Part shown: in pieces, positions 30,306 to 45,050 of the stretch | How positions within the stretch are numbered: position 1 is the first letter of the stretch | How the letters are laid out: each line of letters starts with the position of its first letter | From: Lytechinus pictus | Taxonomy: Eukaryota | Assembly: GCF_037042905.1 (NCBI RefSeq) | Contig: NC_087246.1 | Location: forward strand, 2,792,001 to 2,856,000 | Reading direction: 5' to 3' | Length of the DNA: 64,000 bases | Made by a program: the position numbers and the translations under genes | The notes under the pieces: model-generated | What the model saw: the letters and a program-made list of their open reading frames with translations, nothing else | The model's database searches: none | What the model was told of the DNA's origin: nothing

Positions 30306-30841
30306 AGGGGAAGTTCACCCTGAAGAAAAGTTAGTCGTAAAAATAATAGAAAATATTATAAAAAATATTGGTGAAGGTTTGAGGAAAATTCCATTAAACA
30401 TTAAGAAAATTAGAATTTTAAGTTTTAGATTTTAATGGTGATGTAATAAACGAGCAGCTGCCCCATATTTTATATGTAATATAATTTGAATAAAATGCAG
30501 AAATCTCGATTTTTCAATGGTTTGAGATGACTAACTTTTGTTTCCTTGTTAGAAATCAAACGGGTGTGAAATTATTTATCTATTGATAATGATATACTGA
30601 TGGTACAGTAAAAACCATTTTCAATTTTTCTGAGAAAATGACATTCATTGATTTTTTTACCATACATGTACATGTACATTATGTAGGAAAGCTGCTTGCA
30701 TACATGTATGACATCGAAATCAAATAATTACAATTCTAATTACTTTTTTTAATCTTTGATTGATTTTTCTCAAACCTTTGGCAACAATTTTTCTTTTCTG
30801 CTATTTTTGCAATAAACTTTTTTTCAGGGTGAAGTTGCCCT
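30306..30841. mobile_element. MITE with TTAA duplication (T2/Kolobok-like)
   Basis: TTAA|AGGGGAAGTTCACCCTGAA...TTCAGGGTGAAGTTGCCCT|TTAA with long imperfect inverted subterminal regions. Confidence 0.85.
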
Positions 30842-32091
30842 TTAAAGGGATTCCTGTTTGAGTGGTTTTTGAGACAGTTCCCTAGCATGGATACTGAGCA
30901 GAGAGAATGACTCCTAGCCAAAATACATATTGCCAGGAGTGCAAATGCAGCAGCACTTCAAAAATAAAATCTTGAAGACTGTAGCATCTCCACTTTTGAG
31001 AGGCAAATACATGTACATGTACTGTAATACCCATTTTGTGCAATGTTTGTAATTGTAGTAATATTTATAACATTTCCGCTTCTTTTCTGACTAGTTGCCT
31101 GTAATCTCAACATATTCAATGGGGTATAAAATAAGACCCCCTAATACGGCCTACATGTACACAATGTATAGACCTACATGTAAAGGCATCATTGTGCGAA
31201 ATACTGGAATATTTGATTTAGTTAAAACTAATTATTTGAGCAAATTAATAGTTTTAAAAAATAGTGAAACAGTAAAAGACCAAAGCACACATCATATGTT
31301 TTCATTCTTTCAATTCTCGGAACAAAGTGTCATTTCTACACGTACAATGCCTACATGTACATGTACAGTCAGTCCGCAAGCCCCTGTGTTAATGAGCAAA
31401 TGAGCAAGATTTATCCAAGTCCTCTCGTGGCTGAATTCTTGTCCCTGCAAAATCTCGTGAATTGTGAGACTTTCTTTCTCAAAGAATTTAACCACTTTCT
31501 CCTTGAGTAATATTGATTATTTTTGTACCATGGGCAAGAGTAAATGTTACCCTTTTATATTGGTCATTTCTTTTGAATGAAATATTTTGATAAATAAGTG
31601 AATTTTTTACCTGAAAAGATGCATCAAACAGAATTTTCTTCCTCTGTTTTCACTATAAAATAACTAATAAAATCTCATTTGACCCCCAAAATAATGCTAA
31701 TAATGTGAAAGGTGAGGATGTATTCATGTTGATTATGTTTCTTTAAATAGTTTTTGTACTCACATCTCTCGGATTACAATAGATTTTGAAGCGTTGTTAG
31801 TACAGTGGCAGATACAAATTTTGACCTGCGCGAGCATTTTGACATCGCTAAACTTGTTGCGTATTGATTTTCTATGTATAACAAAATTGTCACTTTTTCA
31901 TGTACACAAAGTCTATGGGGAAACAGAATTTCCATTTTCAGACATGCTAAAATGGAATTTAAGATTTTTTGAAACTGAAAAGGCAATTTTTAGAAACGGA
32001 AAATCACTTTCCCTAGGAGTAGAGTACTGTCTGTACTGGAGCGAAGCCCGGGACATACAGACAGATGTGGGTAGATGACAGAGTCAATTAA

Positions 32092-32483
32092 AGAGAAATT
32101 CCAGTATTTGCAGTAAACACTGATTTCATGAGTAAGTCTGTAAAACAAGGCTTAATTGTCAGTATATCATCGAGGATCTAGATCTGGTACAGGAATAAAC
32201 TGAACTTTGTGAAATCTTGAAATCTACGCTGAAAAATGTTCACACTGAAGATCACCAACACAGATAGGCACACGTGGGACAGTGTATTATTATTGCTAAA
32301 ATAAAGACCCGACGGAAGTGACCGAATCCGCGCTTATTTTGCTTATTTCTCAGCAATTACACAATTTCTTCCAGAATCCTTTGGCACATATTTTTTATTC
32401 ATACAAACAGACACTTAGGTGGTCATTATATTAGATTCTGTAAAAAGTCATTTTTAGATCGTTACCAAAACTGGAATTTATCT
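32092..32483. mobile_element. MITE with TTAA duplication (Kolobok-like)
   Basis: TTAA|AGAGAAATTCCAGT...ACTGGAATTTATCT|TTAA. Confidence 0.8.
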
Positions 32484-32554
32484 TTAAGTGTGGAGCTTCA
32501 TTATGGATACTCTTGAAGACAGTGGTCATACATGTAATCATGAAAACAATTCAT

Positions 32555-32790
32555 TGCTTCAGTGGAAGCCACTGCAGCTCCCTTAATAACAGTGGATTAA
32601 AATGATCGTGCTATAAACAAGCTTTGAAAATCAGCTTGGCTGCACGGTTTTGGACCCTCTGAAGACTCATCCGTGATAAGTTAACTCATACATGAGTGAA
32701 TTGGCATAGTCAAGTTGTGTCAATACAATAGCTCGAACAGCACGTTCACTGACTTGGCAGTACGAAAGTTGGCAATGAAGTCCATGGCAA
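32555..32790 (-). mobile_element. Decayed L2/CR1-group LINE fragment
   Basis: AVRAIVLTQLDYANSL...LQRVQNRAAKLIF...ELQWLP across frameshifts. Confidence 0.7.
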
Positions 32791-32968
32791 ACTGCTGACA
32801 CTTTTTCAACACCCATATTCTTAGTATGAGACACTAAAGATACCCCCCCCCAAAAAAAAAATAATGATAATAATAACAATATTAATAAAATTGATCAATC
32901 AACTGATTGATAAATCATTGGACTGATTGAATGAACAAACAAACATAAATATATTGTTCTGTGTGTAA

Positions 32969-33424
32969 GAGGCTGTTCTCACTACGTTCCTAAAACTAGT
33001 TTACTGGAAACTAGTTTCTAGTTTAACGCATAGTGAGAACGGTCAAAGCGGTCTTGGAAGCGATCTTCCAAACCAGTTTGGAAAACCACCTCGCGATGTA
33101 GTTTTCAAGATCGCTTTGCCTCGTTAAACTGGTTTTAGCTTAAGTGAGGACACAACCGTTCTTCAGGAAGCGATCTTCGCACATTTTGAGCGCGCTACTC
33201 CACACGACAGGTGTAGAATGCCTATGCTGCGGTTTCGAATTTTGCGCGAAACATGTCACCCCACTGAGAGCGTTTCCATAGCAACAAGAGCGCTTTACGT
33301 GAAGTGATTTTGAAAACCACTTTCGTGTGATCAAGTGGGAACGCTAGCAAAGCGATCTTCCAAAGTGGTTTCCTGAATCGGTTTCCAGTAAACTAGTTTT
33401 AGAAAGCGTAATGAGAGCGGCCTC
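32969..33424. mobile_element. MITE with TAA duplication (PIF/Harbinger-like)
   Basis: TAA|GAGGCTGTTCTCACTACG..CTAAAACTAGTTTACTGGAAAC and its inverted counterpart ending GCGGCCTC|TAA. Confidence 0.85.
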
Positions 33425-34367
33425 TAAGATACCAAACTACCCATGGAGTTTCATGAGTGTGAATGGGGGGGGGAGGTGTAGTGGACTTGGATTCATAGGG
33501 TGTGTTCAATGTCCCCCATTCCCGGTCGTAAACGTAAATTATCTTTCAAATCGCAATTCGAAGGAAAATTTAAACGCCGAAAAAGATGCATTTTAAAACG
33601 TAAGCTCAGATTTTACGACCTTCAGCATCGCAAATGCAACAAAATGCGACATTGAACACGATTGGGTTTTGAAACATCTTTGAATTTACCTATGTCACAG
33701 GTCAAACTGCGCATTTAGCTGTGCTAACGAGAGCAGGAAATTTAAAGGCAATCAACGTATAATCAGCTTTATATTTTCAACACTGAACGGTGCACCCCTG
33801 ATCGTGTTCTGTATTTTGTAATTGCATTTTCAATGTTGCAGTTTAAATTTGAAAATCGACAGTGAACACAACCATTGTCAACATGTATACATGTAGAGCC
33901 TACATGTACATGTAATTAGGTTTAGTATAAAGGCATGCTCATGTTGCATATTTCACCTGTGCAAAACACATTAAATTCACAAAGATTACAATAGCTCTTT
34001 TATCATTGACCTGATGTACAGTATTCTACAATGCTATGTCACACTCTGACAAACACCAATAATATCACTGACTGCATACAGTACTATGGGATTCACATGT
34101 ACATAGTATTAACCTGATGCAGTAGTAAAAAAAGCAATACATTTTCAAAGCAAATGTACATGTATTCAATTCGTTTCGTTGCAAGCCTTCATGATACATG
34201 TATCAAATGACACACCATCTTGCTGTTGGGTTGAACTGTACCGGTCTTACAGCCAAATATTTTACAGTCATACATGTACATGTAACTGGGAGCTACCTCA
34301 TTTGACTTTCTGTATTACCCTGCCCCCACTCTTTGGCCCCTACTCCTTGTGAATATTTTAAAAAGCA

Positions 34368-34555
34368 CCAGGTGCCGGTTTTTTAAAGCTATTCGTAAGT
34401 TAAGAGCGACTTTAAGAACGACTGGTGATCCTTTCTTATGCGCTAACCATTGTCAATGAACATTTTGCTGTATACCATTCATCGCAAGAAAGGATCACCA
34501 GTCATTCTTAAAGACGCTCTTACCTTACGAACAGCTTTATGAAACACCCACCTGG
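34368..34555. mobile_element. Short palindromic (fold-back) MITE
   Basis: About 75-bp inverted arms (AAAGCT.TTCGTAAG.TAAGAGCG.CTTTAAGAA.GACTGGTGATCCTTTCTT) around a short spacer. Confidence 0.8.
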
Positions 34556-35275
34556 TACTATAAGAAAGCAGCATCAAAAGCCCGTTACATTCATCGGCTT
34601 TTTAAGCCGGACTTAGTGCCGGCTTTGAAGCCAACTTCACGCGTGAAATTTGAAGCCACCTCCAGATTATACCCCTGTTACAAATAGTTTGAGGCCCGCA
34701 ATTTTGTGTATAAGACCTGCTTCATGTCGCCTATTCACGTGTCACCCGATTGTTCATGTAAACATTCACTATTGCCAATCGGTCTATGCCCATACAGTAC
34801 CGTATCTATATCATAAACACATGAATGAAAATACAAAATAATTATGATTCCATGTAACATGAAAGAAAAATGGGGGATATGAAATCAGCCCACCTATTAC
34901 ATATTCATGATGGCATGCATCAAACAGTTTTCATGGTTCACCTAATATTGCTTCACTTTCAAATTCAATAATTGTCATCTGATTCTGATGATTTTTTTTA
35001 TAGCTTTTTGCTTGATGAATTATACTCTATTTATCACCTTTTTCAGCCCAATAACCCCTTTAAGGTATCAAAATCAGGTGAGAGGTTGTGTTTTTAATAT
35101 CTACTTAAGGTGCTTTCAGAATGTCATTTTTTCAAAATGCTATCAAAACAAACAGCCGCCCCCCCCCCCCCCTCTTCTGTCTCTCTTTGATTCAGTTTTG
35201 CAAGGATGGATATTACGACTGACAAGGGTAGATGTTGTGATGGAAACTACATGTAACAGCACATGTTGCAACTTA

Positions 35276-35690
35276 AGGCCACCGCACACCTTACGACTGG
35301 TCGGCGACTCGATTTCAGAATAAAATGTAGTAGAATTTGATGCTAATATTGAGACTTGGAATATCTTACTGTGTAATGTTCTAAATCATCGTACGAATAC
35401 CTATGTTCAAATCTGTGACTATGCTATCATCCTCCTTAGAATAAAAGCGAATTCAATATCTAGTCGTAATGACGTCATAGCAGTCGTACGATTGACTACG
35501 ATTTGAAACTAATTTGGCCTTTACTCAAAAATAAAAGCTTGCAATCTTTCAAAATGGTTATATTAGTATTCTTTCAATTGATTTCAACCTCAAATAAAAT
35601 GATATGTCCCATTCACATTTTCAAAAAATAAGCAAAATTCGATTTGTTCCAAAATTGGATCGCGAACAGTCGTAAGGTGTGCGGTGGCCT
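35276..35690. mobile_element. MITE with TTA duplication (PIF/Harbinger-like)
   Basis: TTA|AGGCCACCGCACACCTTACGACTG...CAGTCGTAAGGTGTGCGGTGGCCT|TTA, perfect 24-bp TIR. Confidence 0.88.
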
Positions 35691-37901
35691 TTACGTGTTG
35701 CATTTACAGGAGAACAGAGAACTTGACTCTACTGTACATAAACGTATGTATGTCTGTTTTGATAGTGATCACTGTTACACTTACTATTTTGAATTACAGT
35801 TTTAATTGGGAAAAAACCTAGCCAAATTCTTGTTCCATATTGGGATGGTCAAGGGTGGTTCTCTGGATTAAACATGGTCTTCTTTAATCTTGGGTAATAA
35901 GGTTTTGCAGTTTTAAGGAAGCTCAGCTAGCATGACTCCAGCAGCAAAGTGGATTAGTCAACACTTGATGAAAGAAGGCATTCCTTGGGGAAAGTCCTCT
36001 GACATTTAGCATGACTATGACCATGGACCTCTTCACATCTCATTCTCATGCAGTCTCATTTGGACATAGAAGAGAAATCCCCACTGCACATGGCAAGTAT
36101 ACATTTAAAAGAAAGGTCTACATGTTCATGTGATAACACAGTAATTCCCTTTAAAAAATAGGTAATAATCTTTAAGAACTGGATGTCTTTCAACGTAAAA
36201 GCATTATTCCTGATTAAAAATTATTGCTTAACCTTTTATATAAAAATATATTTCTCTGTATTAAAAATTATGTATTCATCCAGACGAACTTTTATTCATT
36301 GGGTCAGAGAGGAAACTATGGTTGCAACATACCCATCATGATTATGGTTCACTAGGATATAGCCCATATGGGCCGACATGTAATTCTTAAATTCAAAATA
36401 CACACATTTTGAACACCCAAAATATCAAAGAGCCCAATTGTTCAATATGAATATATATTTTTCTTTTACATCACTGAACCACAGAAAGTGACATTATTAT
36501 GCCAAAATTACACTACAGTACTGCATAAGTTATAGGGGCAAGCAAAGAAAGATTCAATTTAATCATTTCCACTATAAAAATGATAAAATATAACTCAACA
36601 TAAAAATAATTTTCAATACGTGTACTGTTGTAGTGAGAAATCATAAAAATCAGTCAAGTACAATGCACATTTAATGGATTTAATAAAAATGACACCTTAC
36701 AGCAGTTGAAAATAAACTTGAATCAAATCTGTATCAATCAGGTGAAGTAAAAAGATGGTGTCATTGTAAACATTTGATTTTTTTCCAGTTTTACTATGAA
36801 GTGGAAGGTTGTTCCAAAGAATTGGACCTTTATAGAAATTTGATTTTTGTGTTATCGATTTGCATCATGTGCAGTTACATTTACATAAAGAGGAAGATGG
36901 ACCATATTTTGAGCATTCCTGGTATTATGATTATGTGATTATGAAGCTGAATTGAACAGTTCAAAGTGAAATTGAACTTCCACATTTCCTGAAGAAGATT
37001 ATATTAAAAATTGATGTACCGTATCTTAAGATATTGGGCAAGATATGCAAAAAGGTGTAATAATATAAATTCCACATTTATGCAATTCAAAATTATGTAA
37101 TTCCATTTTCTAAGGAAAACCCCCGACAAAGCTATTATGGTAATGAAAAAAAAAACAAGTGCGTTCTGAAATAACAAAGCAGATCATTTTTTAAATAATA
37201 ATTACAATCATTTTTTTTTTATAATAATTACAATCTATTGAGAACACACCATATTACATATTGGTTCCAGGATGATAATATTATCTATGAGCATTTCTTA
37301 AAATTGCTATGAGACGTGTGCGATTTATAGGGGCATCATACGAATCAAGGACTCTCCCTACAAGATGAAAAATTATGCATTCACCCTGGTATTCTTTCAG
37401 TTTCAAGTAAATTGAAATGTAAGCCTTTTATTTTACATTGGAAGGAAGGATTGTGCATACATTTTCTTAAAGATTTCATTTCGTTTTCTGTTGTTCCCAA
37501 CTACTGGGATTCTGCAATCATTTACATTTAATGAATATTGCCACAAGGGAAATCAAGCAATACAGTCTTTAATTAAATTCTGTTTGAGGATTTTGGCTTG
37601 GTTAGAGTTTTCAGATACAGTTTTGTACACATCTCAGCCAGTTAACAGTAATCAGCATTGGCATATCATGCCAAAGCTTATCATATGCAACCCCCTCCTC
37701 CACAACCTCCCTACGGTTCTACATTGCAGGATTCTACAGATATGGATAAAGTGCATGCTGTAATGGTAAAGATATGACATGAATGATGTACATGTACTAT
37801 TATCTTTGCTTATTTCTACCAACATTGATTTTATTTTGATATTCTGGTTATTTTCAAGAATTACAAGTGTATCCTATGACTGAAAAATAGTGAGGCATGA
37901 C

Positions 37902-39775
37902 CAGGGCTCGACACTAGCGCCGGTCCGACGGTCCCAGACCGGTAAAAATCGCTGCCGGGCCAGTAGATTTTCAGAAATAGCAAGATTTACTGGTCCGACA
38001 TGACCAGTAAAAAATATCATTTTCGGGCCAGTAATTTTTCCAAAAATAGCAAGATTTATGGGTCTGACATGACCAGTAATAAAAACCATTGTTGGGCCAG
38101 TAACTTTTCCAGAAATGGTCAAATTCACTGGTCCAACACAAACATAAAAAAATTCCATGACTCAAATTGCAAACCATTTTCCTCCCGTCAAATTCTGCCA
38201 TTCACACACAGAATACACACAGAATGAATCGCATGCAATTTTTACTAGGGTAACATACAGTGTACATGTATACCTAGCCGGCCAGCCACACAGCCCACAT
38301 GGTAAATTTTCTACAGGCTGCACGAACGAAGCTTGGCTAACCTCTGGCAGAAATCTCTAACAGAACTGTCAAAATTAACATTTCACAGTAATGAAAAGCT
38401 CTTATAATGTCCATATTTCCTAAAAAGTGAGGTAACTATGTCATTTGTAAGCAGTAAAAGGAGAAATTTTCACTTCTGTTTTAGTTCAAACAGATCGGGT
38501 TTCGAGTGATATCGTCTGAAAACATGATAGCCCCACATATGCATTTGTGTGTTGTTGATACACTGGGTTCTTTCGTAGCTATATTTTGATTGAGCCAAAA
38601 AGAAACTGATTATTTATGATGATAGTTTTAGCTTTCTGTTTTCTTTCTATCTTTCTATCCTTTATTTCTTTGTTTCTTCCCTCTAATCTTTCAATTTTTT
38701 ACTGTCTTTCTTTTATAATTTTCCCTATTTTCTTTGTCTTTCATTCTTTCTGTCCTTTAAAAAATATTTTTCTGTATTTTTTTTTTTTTTCTTTCTTTCT
38801 TTAATTCTTGAGTCCATCCATCCTATATTTATCTCTTCTTTCTTTCTTTCTTCCCTTCCTTCTTTTTACCCTTTCTTTCCTTCATTCTTTATTATTTTCT
38901 TTGTTTTCTTCCATCCATCCTTTCTTTACCCTTTCTTGTTTTTTATTTCTTCCTTCTTTCAGCCCTTTCTCTTTTTCTTTTAGTTTCATTCCTTCCTTCC
39001 TTTCTTCTTTCTGTTTCTTTCTTTTTCCCCTTCGTTCCATCTATCCTTTTACCTTTTCTTTCTTTCTTTTTTTACTGCTTGCTTCCTTTCTTTCATTTCT
39101 TCTTTCTTTCCTTCCTTTCTTTGTCTTACGGTCTTCCTTTCATCTATTCTTTTACCTTTTCTTTCTTTTTTTATATTGCTTGCTTGCTTGCTTCCATCTT
39201 TCCTTCCTTCATTCTTTTTTCCTTCTATCTATCATTTTTCCTTTTCTTTATTTCTTCCTTAATTCCTTTCTTCCTTCTTTCAATCCTTTGTTCCTTCCTT
39301 TCTTTCTTTTTCTTTTTTCCTTCTTTCCATCTCTCCTTTTGCCCTTTCTTTTTTCATTGCTTTTTTCTTTTTTTCTTTCATTACTTTCTGTCTTGTTCTT
39401 TCTTTCTTTATTGCTTGCTTCATTTCTTTCCTTCTTTCTTTCTTTCTTTCCTTCATTCCTTTCCTTCTTTCTTTAGTTCTTTCTTTTTCCTTCCTTCACA
39501 GCTATCCTTTCTTTACCTTTTCTTTTTTCTTCCTTTCTTTTATTCTTTGTTTCTTTCTGTCTTGCTTTCTTTTTTTACTTTCATTCCTTCATTTTTTTTT
39601 TTTTTTGGGGGGGGGGGTAACAAGAAAGGACAGCAAAATAAACTTGCGCCTTTTTAAAATGTTTTCTTTATTTTTGGGGACCAGTAGATTTTAGGTTCGG
39701 ACCAGTAAAAAATGGAAAAACTGGGTATCTACTGGTCCGACATGAATAGGTTGGACCAGTAGAAAAAAAGGGTTA
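37902..39775. mobile_element. hAT-like non-autonomous element with G(G/A)CCAGTA repeats, enclosing a pyrimidine tract; related end fragment at about 14095-14205
   Basis: Left end CAGGGCTCGACACTA; repeated CTGGTCCGAC / G(G/A)CCAGTA units at both ends; right terminus degraded. Confidence 0.5.
38625..39605. repeat. About 1-kb degenerate (TTTC/TTCC)n polypyrimidine tract
   Basis: Directly visible low-complexity C/T sequence. Confidence 0.95.
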
Positions 39776-40825
39776 ATCCATGCCTACCCCACCATCCTAC
39801 TCTTCATGTAAATCTTAAATTCAAAATGATAATTCATTGTGGTACATGTATGATTTCAAATACCTTTTGATATTGGAACAGAAATTTCAGAAGTAATATT
39901 TTGCTACAGGCCTCTACAAAAAAAAATTCATCACTTGCCCGATCGAAAAAAATGCTTGTCCAATTTTGCAAAAATAATTATTTTGCTCTCTATAGTTATT
40001 TTTTATGATGGTACTACAGTACATGTAGAATATCTGCACTTGATTTTAAAGATCAAGAGAAATAACTACAAATGAGAATCATGTAGTAAAGAACACACAT
40101 ATACAGTAAAGTCAAAAAAATTCAGCAAAGTCATCATGACATCAGTTCTTATCGCCATCATAGACATTGATCTACTCAGTTTTACTCAGTGTCGCTAGTA
40201 GCTTCATTCACACTACCGTTGGAGCTATAAAACTAAAGTCACTACTGATCGTAACGACAAAACTCGCCGATTTTAGTCTGACGACTCATTATTTACTCGG
40301 TTGGGAACGATCACAAATCTTGAGGCTGAGTCACGAACATAAAGTTTGCAGCGAGCTTTAGGAGAATCAGCTGGCTCGCTCATATCGTAGCACCGATGTA
40401 TAAATCATGCGCACACAGGGCGAAATAAGGGGTTTCTCTAGCCCTTATTCATCGGCAAATTGCGCAAGATACATGTACATGTACATGTAGTATCGCATGC
40501 GCACAGTGTATATTAGAACATATATTTAAGATGGCAGCCCCCACAGGGTTTTTCAAACGAGTTTATCTGGTGATAAACATGTACTGTATATGTAAGTTGG
40601 CGCTGATTTTACAGTACATGTTTCCACTGTTTTTTTACTAGAACATTGTATACATGTAAGAGATAATTGGCTGATAATTGTGATTTATCCAAAAGTTACT
40701 GAAATTTACTGTCATTATATTTTTTCACGTTCAAAACCACTTGCCCGATCGGGCAATTGATTGTCCGCACATCATTTTCACTTGCCCCAGGCAAGCAGGT
40801 TTGTCATGCCCTGTTTTGCTATATA

Positions 40826-41646
40826 CAGTGCGTCCCAGAAAAAACGAAACCGAGATTTAGCGATGATTTATCATAACTTAATCACAAATAAAATAGACAA
40901 ATGACCTACCAATGTAAAGCTTAGAATCTCCTCTTTCATCTGATATTAATTAGATTATTTCTCCTTCACGCATGAGTGAGCAAAAACAATTTGAAGAGGG
41001 GATACCAAAAAGTCATTTGGCGGGTTGTATCTAGCTTTCAAAAGGAAAACCACATTTGTAAAAAGTTCAATATCTGCTCTTTAATTTGATACCTCAATTA
41101 CAGAAAATGGTCGAGAAATAACAAAGTTCTGGTTATTTGAAATAAGGCTTGAATTTCAATAATTTCATAAAATGAAGAGGTTTTACAGGCTAGCGTTCAA
41201 ACTCACTCGACACTCCGTTTTGTTTACGACCAGCCATGCATAAAGTCTTTTGTTAACCATGGGATATCTTCTGTGGCAAACCGGTGAAAACAGTTTATTT
41301 GATGAAATTATGGAAATTCAAGCCTTATTTCAAATAACCAGAACTTTGTTATTTCTTGACCATTTTCTGTAATTGAGGTATCAAATTAAAGAGCAGATAT
41401 TGAACTTTTTTTAAGACATGTGAATTTCCTTTGAAATTCATATACCCCCCGCCAAATGAGTTTTTGGTATCCTTCCTTCAAATTGTTTTAGCTCACTCAT
41501 GCGTGAATAAGGAATATTCTAAGTAATATCAGATGAAAGAGGAGATTCTAAGCTTTACATTGATAAGTCATTTGTCTATTGTATTTGTGATTAAGTTATG
41601 ATAAATCATCGCTAAATCTCGGTTTCGTTTTTTCTGGGACGCACTG
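40826..41646. mobile_element. Tc1/mariner-like fold-back MITE with ~350-bp TIRs and TA duplication
   Basis: TA|CAGTGCGTCCCAGAAAAAACGAAACCGAG...CTCGGTTTCGTTTTTTCTGGGACGCACTG|TA; second copy starts at 63526. Confidence 0.92.
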
Positions 41647-42045
41647 TATATACATTCCTAAAAATGGAGAAAAAAAATCATCTGAAATTTTAAATGCTTG
41701 CTAAAAAAAGAAAAAACACAATTGTGAATATAGAATCTGTTTTTCTCCAATCTGGAGACAGTCGAGACACCTGTGAGAAAAACAGCCATTCAGCTGCATG
41801 GGGCTATGCAGCCCATACAGAAAGCACATGAATAAAATAAAAGGTAAAACATAACATTATGTGGGATTCGCAACATTTGGCAAAAAAAATCAAGAAGTCC
41901 GCCCCAACAAATCATTGATTTATCAAAATTAAAAGAGAAATTTTCAAGCAAGCTTATCACTGAAAAATATTTTGTACAGTTTACAATGTATATCATCTTT
42001 CGGGAATATGACAAGTACATGTATTTTGCTTCTTGTCAAAAAATA

Positions 42046-42321
42046 CCTGGTGCCCATCTTACAAAGAGTTGCAATTGATCCGATCAATCGCAACTATGGA
42101 AAGCCAGCAACGTCAACATCTAAAATACATGTTTGTTCAAAATATTTTCTAGAAATGACGTATATTCATATATTCACTGTTTTCATTACAATTCAGTATG
42201 CATCTCTGTTTTCAAAGGACATTGAGCAAAATTCCTGAAGAAAAATTATGACAATGATGGATTTCCATATACTTGAGATTGATCGGATCAATCGTAACTC
42301 TTTGTAAGACAGGGGCCCTGG
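42046..42321. mobile_element. MITE with ~55-bp imperfect TIRs
   Basis: TCTTACAAAGAGTTGCAATTGATCCGATCAATC / GATTGATCGGATCAATCGTAACTCTTTGTAAGA. Confidence 0.8.
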
Positions 42322-44233
42322 TGTTTTCAGATTCGGGGTAGATCAGGGTAAATGTATTCTGGTATTCACAAACTTTATGGCAGTCTGAATTGTGTATGTA
42401 TACTTTACATTCATAAGTTTTGTCTTGCTCCCTGCATAATAATTGTAACTGAAATACACATGTAGGCCTACTGTAGTTTGCAAACAGCATTCATGTTGTA
42501 TGTATCTCTTTAATTCCTGAAACTTAACCTTCATCTGCCATGTACATGTATGTAGGCATGTACAGTATATATGATCTACCAGGCCCCTTCACCAAAATAT
42601 TTATGCAAGAACCCTCAATAAATCTTGACATTCAAGTACATTTGTCAAATACTTGTCAAACATTGAGTTCCCAGCTGTCAACTGACATTATGCAGACATG
42701 TTTATTTTCAGCAAATGCAGAAAGTTCACCTACACTGAATGTACATTATAATTTACACATGTGCCTGCATAGAAGACCTACATGTACATCGCTATATAGA
42801 ATTTGAAACAAGTAAATTCAAATAAAATCGAAAAAGTGCTACATGCATGCGAAGCCAACTTCCAGAATTTCGATCAAGTATTGAACACTTAATGTACAAT
42901 TCAAGGAAAGGAGTACCTTCAGAATCCAATGTCAGAATCCAATGTCATAATCGATTATGAGAATATCATGGATACTAGAATAGAACAAGGCATCACACCA
43001 ACATCACATCAATTCATGACATTGGATTCTAAAGGTACATCACATGTACATGTAAGCCTATAAAGGAGAGTCTTAAATAATTTTAGAGGAAAGGTTTCAT
43101 GCATTCATTGAGATTTTCATCATTTCATCATTCATAAAACCTAAAAAGTAAGCCTAATAGTAATACAGAGTACATAAGATCAGAGTCCAAGCAAAAACAT
43201 GCAAGCCAACATCTAGGTGTACGAGGCTAGTATACATGTACATTGATTGATTTGTCTATGAATAATGACCATGTATACTGTACATATATGTGTATTATGT
43301 ATCTGCCTACACATGTACATCAGCTCTTGAAACTGACCTGGCTATACTGTAAGGATACAAGTAGGCCTACATGTACATGTAAATTGTGTTTGCCACAGTA
43401 ACAGGAAGGAAATGGGAAGCCTGTAGCTTCTCTAATCTTGACAACTTGGGCAGCATTTATGAGACCACATATTAAAGGGGTACTCCAAGCTGAAATATAT
43501 GATTGAACAAATTCAAAAAAAAAATCAGACAAACGCAACACTGAAAATTTCATAAGATTGGAATGACAAACATAGTTTTTTTAAAGATTATTTACATCAT
43601 TTCGGTGAAACAGTTTTATGCATGTCCTCATGAATATTCAAAGACCATACTGACGATGTTAAATGTATATCGGTTAATAGTATATCCTCACTTCTTTTGT
43701 ATTTCATTATCAGAAATTATGCATTGGACATTAATTGACATCATATATCTGAAAAAATGAAATGATTATAACAAAGTGGGGAGGTGACATCATCAGCCCA
43801 CCTAATGAATATTCATGACAATGTGCAAATAACTGTTTTCATAAAATATTGCTAAACTTTTTTTTATATAGATATAATCATTTTCAACCCAGAGTATCCC
43901 CTAAAGCTAGAATCACAAACATGAATCATGATTTAAAACACAAACATACATGTAAATCATGGACATGGTCACTGCAGAATCAGGGTTTTTAATCAACCCT
44001 CTCTCCAATGCGATATCTCCCTTCTTCAAGCCTAGCCAGTGCGCATTGTATATAATGTACATATGCGCAATTTGACACCTCAGGACGTACATGTATACAG
44101 TGTAGTTGAACTTCTACACAAGTTTTAATTGCAAAAGATGCACAAGCCAATTGTCACCATGGGAAAGTTAAAATAACACTGGCAGAGGGCAGTGCAAGAA
44201 CACAAAGAAAGATGGACAAAATGACATTACACT

Positions 44234-45050
44234 AGGGCTGCGTTTATGCGACCTCAAGCCAGAATCATGATTTGAATCATGATTTGAATCATGATTCAAA
44301 ACACAAACATGAATCACAATATCACAGAATCAGCGTTTACACGACCTTCATTCCAATGCTGTTTCTCCTCAGATTCGGGCCAATCCAGTGCGCATCACTA
44401 GTGCGCAGTTTGACAGAGGAAGTTTTTCGCACGTGTTTCGGCTCTCGAAAAATCTTTTGCTTCCAGAATTCAGTCTATACATGTACCTCATTTTGTTTAC
44501 TTCTATCATATAGGGTCCATATGCTTCTATTCATCTTGTTAGTTTATCCAAAATGGTGTTCGGAAGTGAATTTCAGCGTAGATCCAATTTAGTATTGATA
44601 CTGTATACTCAACAACTGAGATCATTGTCTGTCCAGTTAATTCATTTACTATAGAACTTGAAGTTGAAGACATGACCAATAAATGAAAAGTAGTGGACGA
44701 TGCGATGACCAACACAGAGCTTGAACATGACAAGAAATGCATGCGTAGTACATATTCATGTACATACAGCGCATTGAGCTAGGCAAGAGTCAAACCGAAA
44801 GTAGCCAGACACAACAGTGAGGTCATAGAATCATGATTCAAATCACGATATCGTTTATTTGAACATTTTCGTACGTGATTCTGCAGAAACGTCTTTCCAA
44901 ATGCCCCTTTTTTCGTGTTTCATGTTTGTGATTCTAATCATGATTATATTCAATTTCGACTAAACGCAATCGTGATTCTGCAGAATCATGATTTGAATCA
45001 TGATTCAGATCATGATTCTAGGGTAAAAAAGTGGCGGATAAACGCACCCT
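44234..45050. mobile_element. Harbinger-like MITE with GAATCATGATT palindromic subrepeats, inserted in an older relative (about 43908-45135)
   Basis: Ends AGGGCTGCGTTTAT / ATAAACGCACCCT; tandem GAATCATGATTT units at both ends. Confidence 0.75.

Noticed and set aside
38616..39657. Long Phe/Leu/Ser-rich ORFs (222 and 192 aa)
   Set aside because: Translation of a polypyrimidine tract that lacks stop codons by composition.
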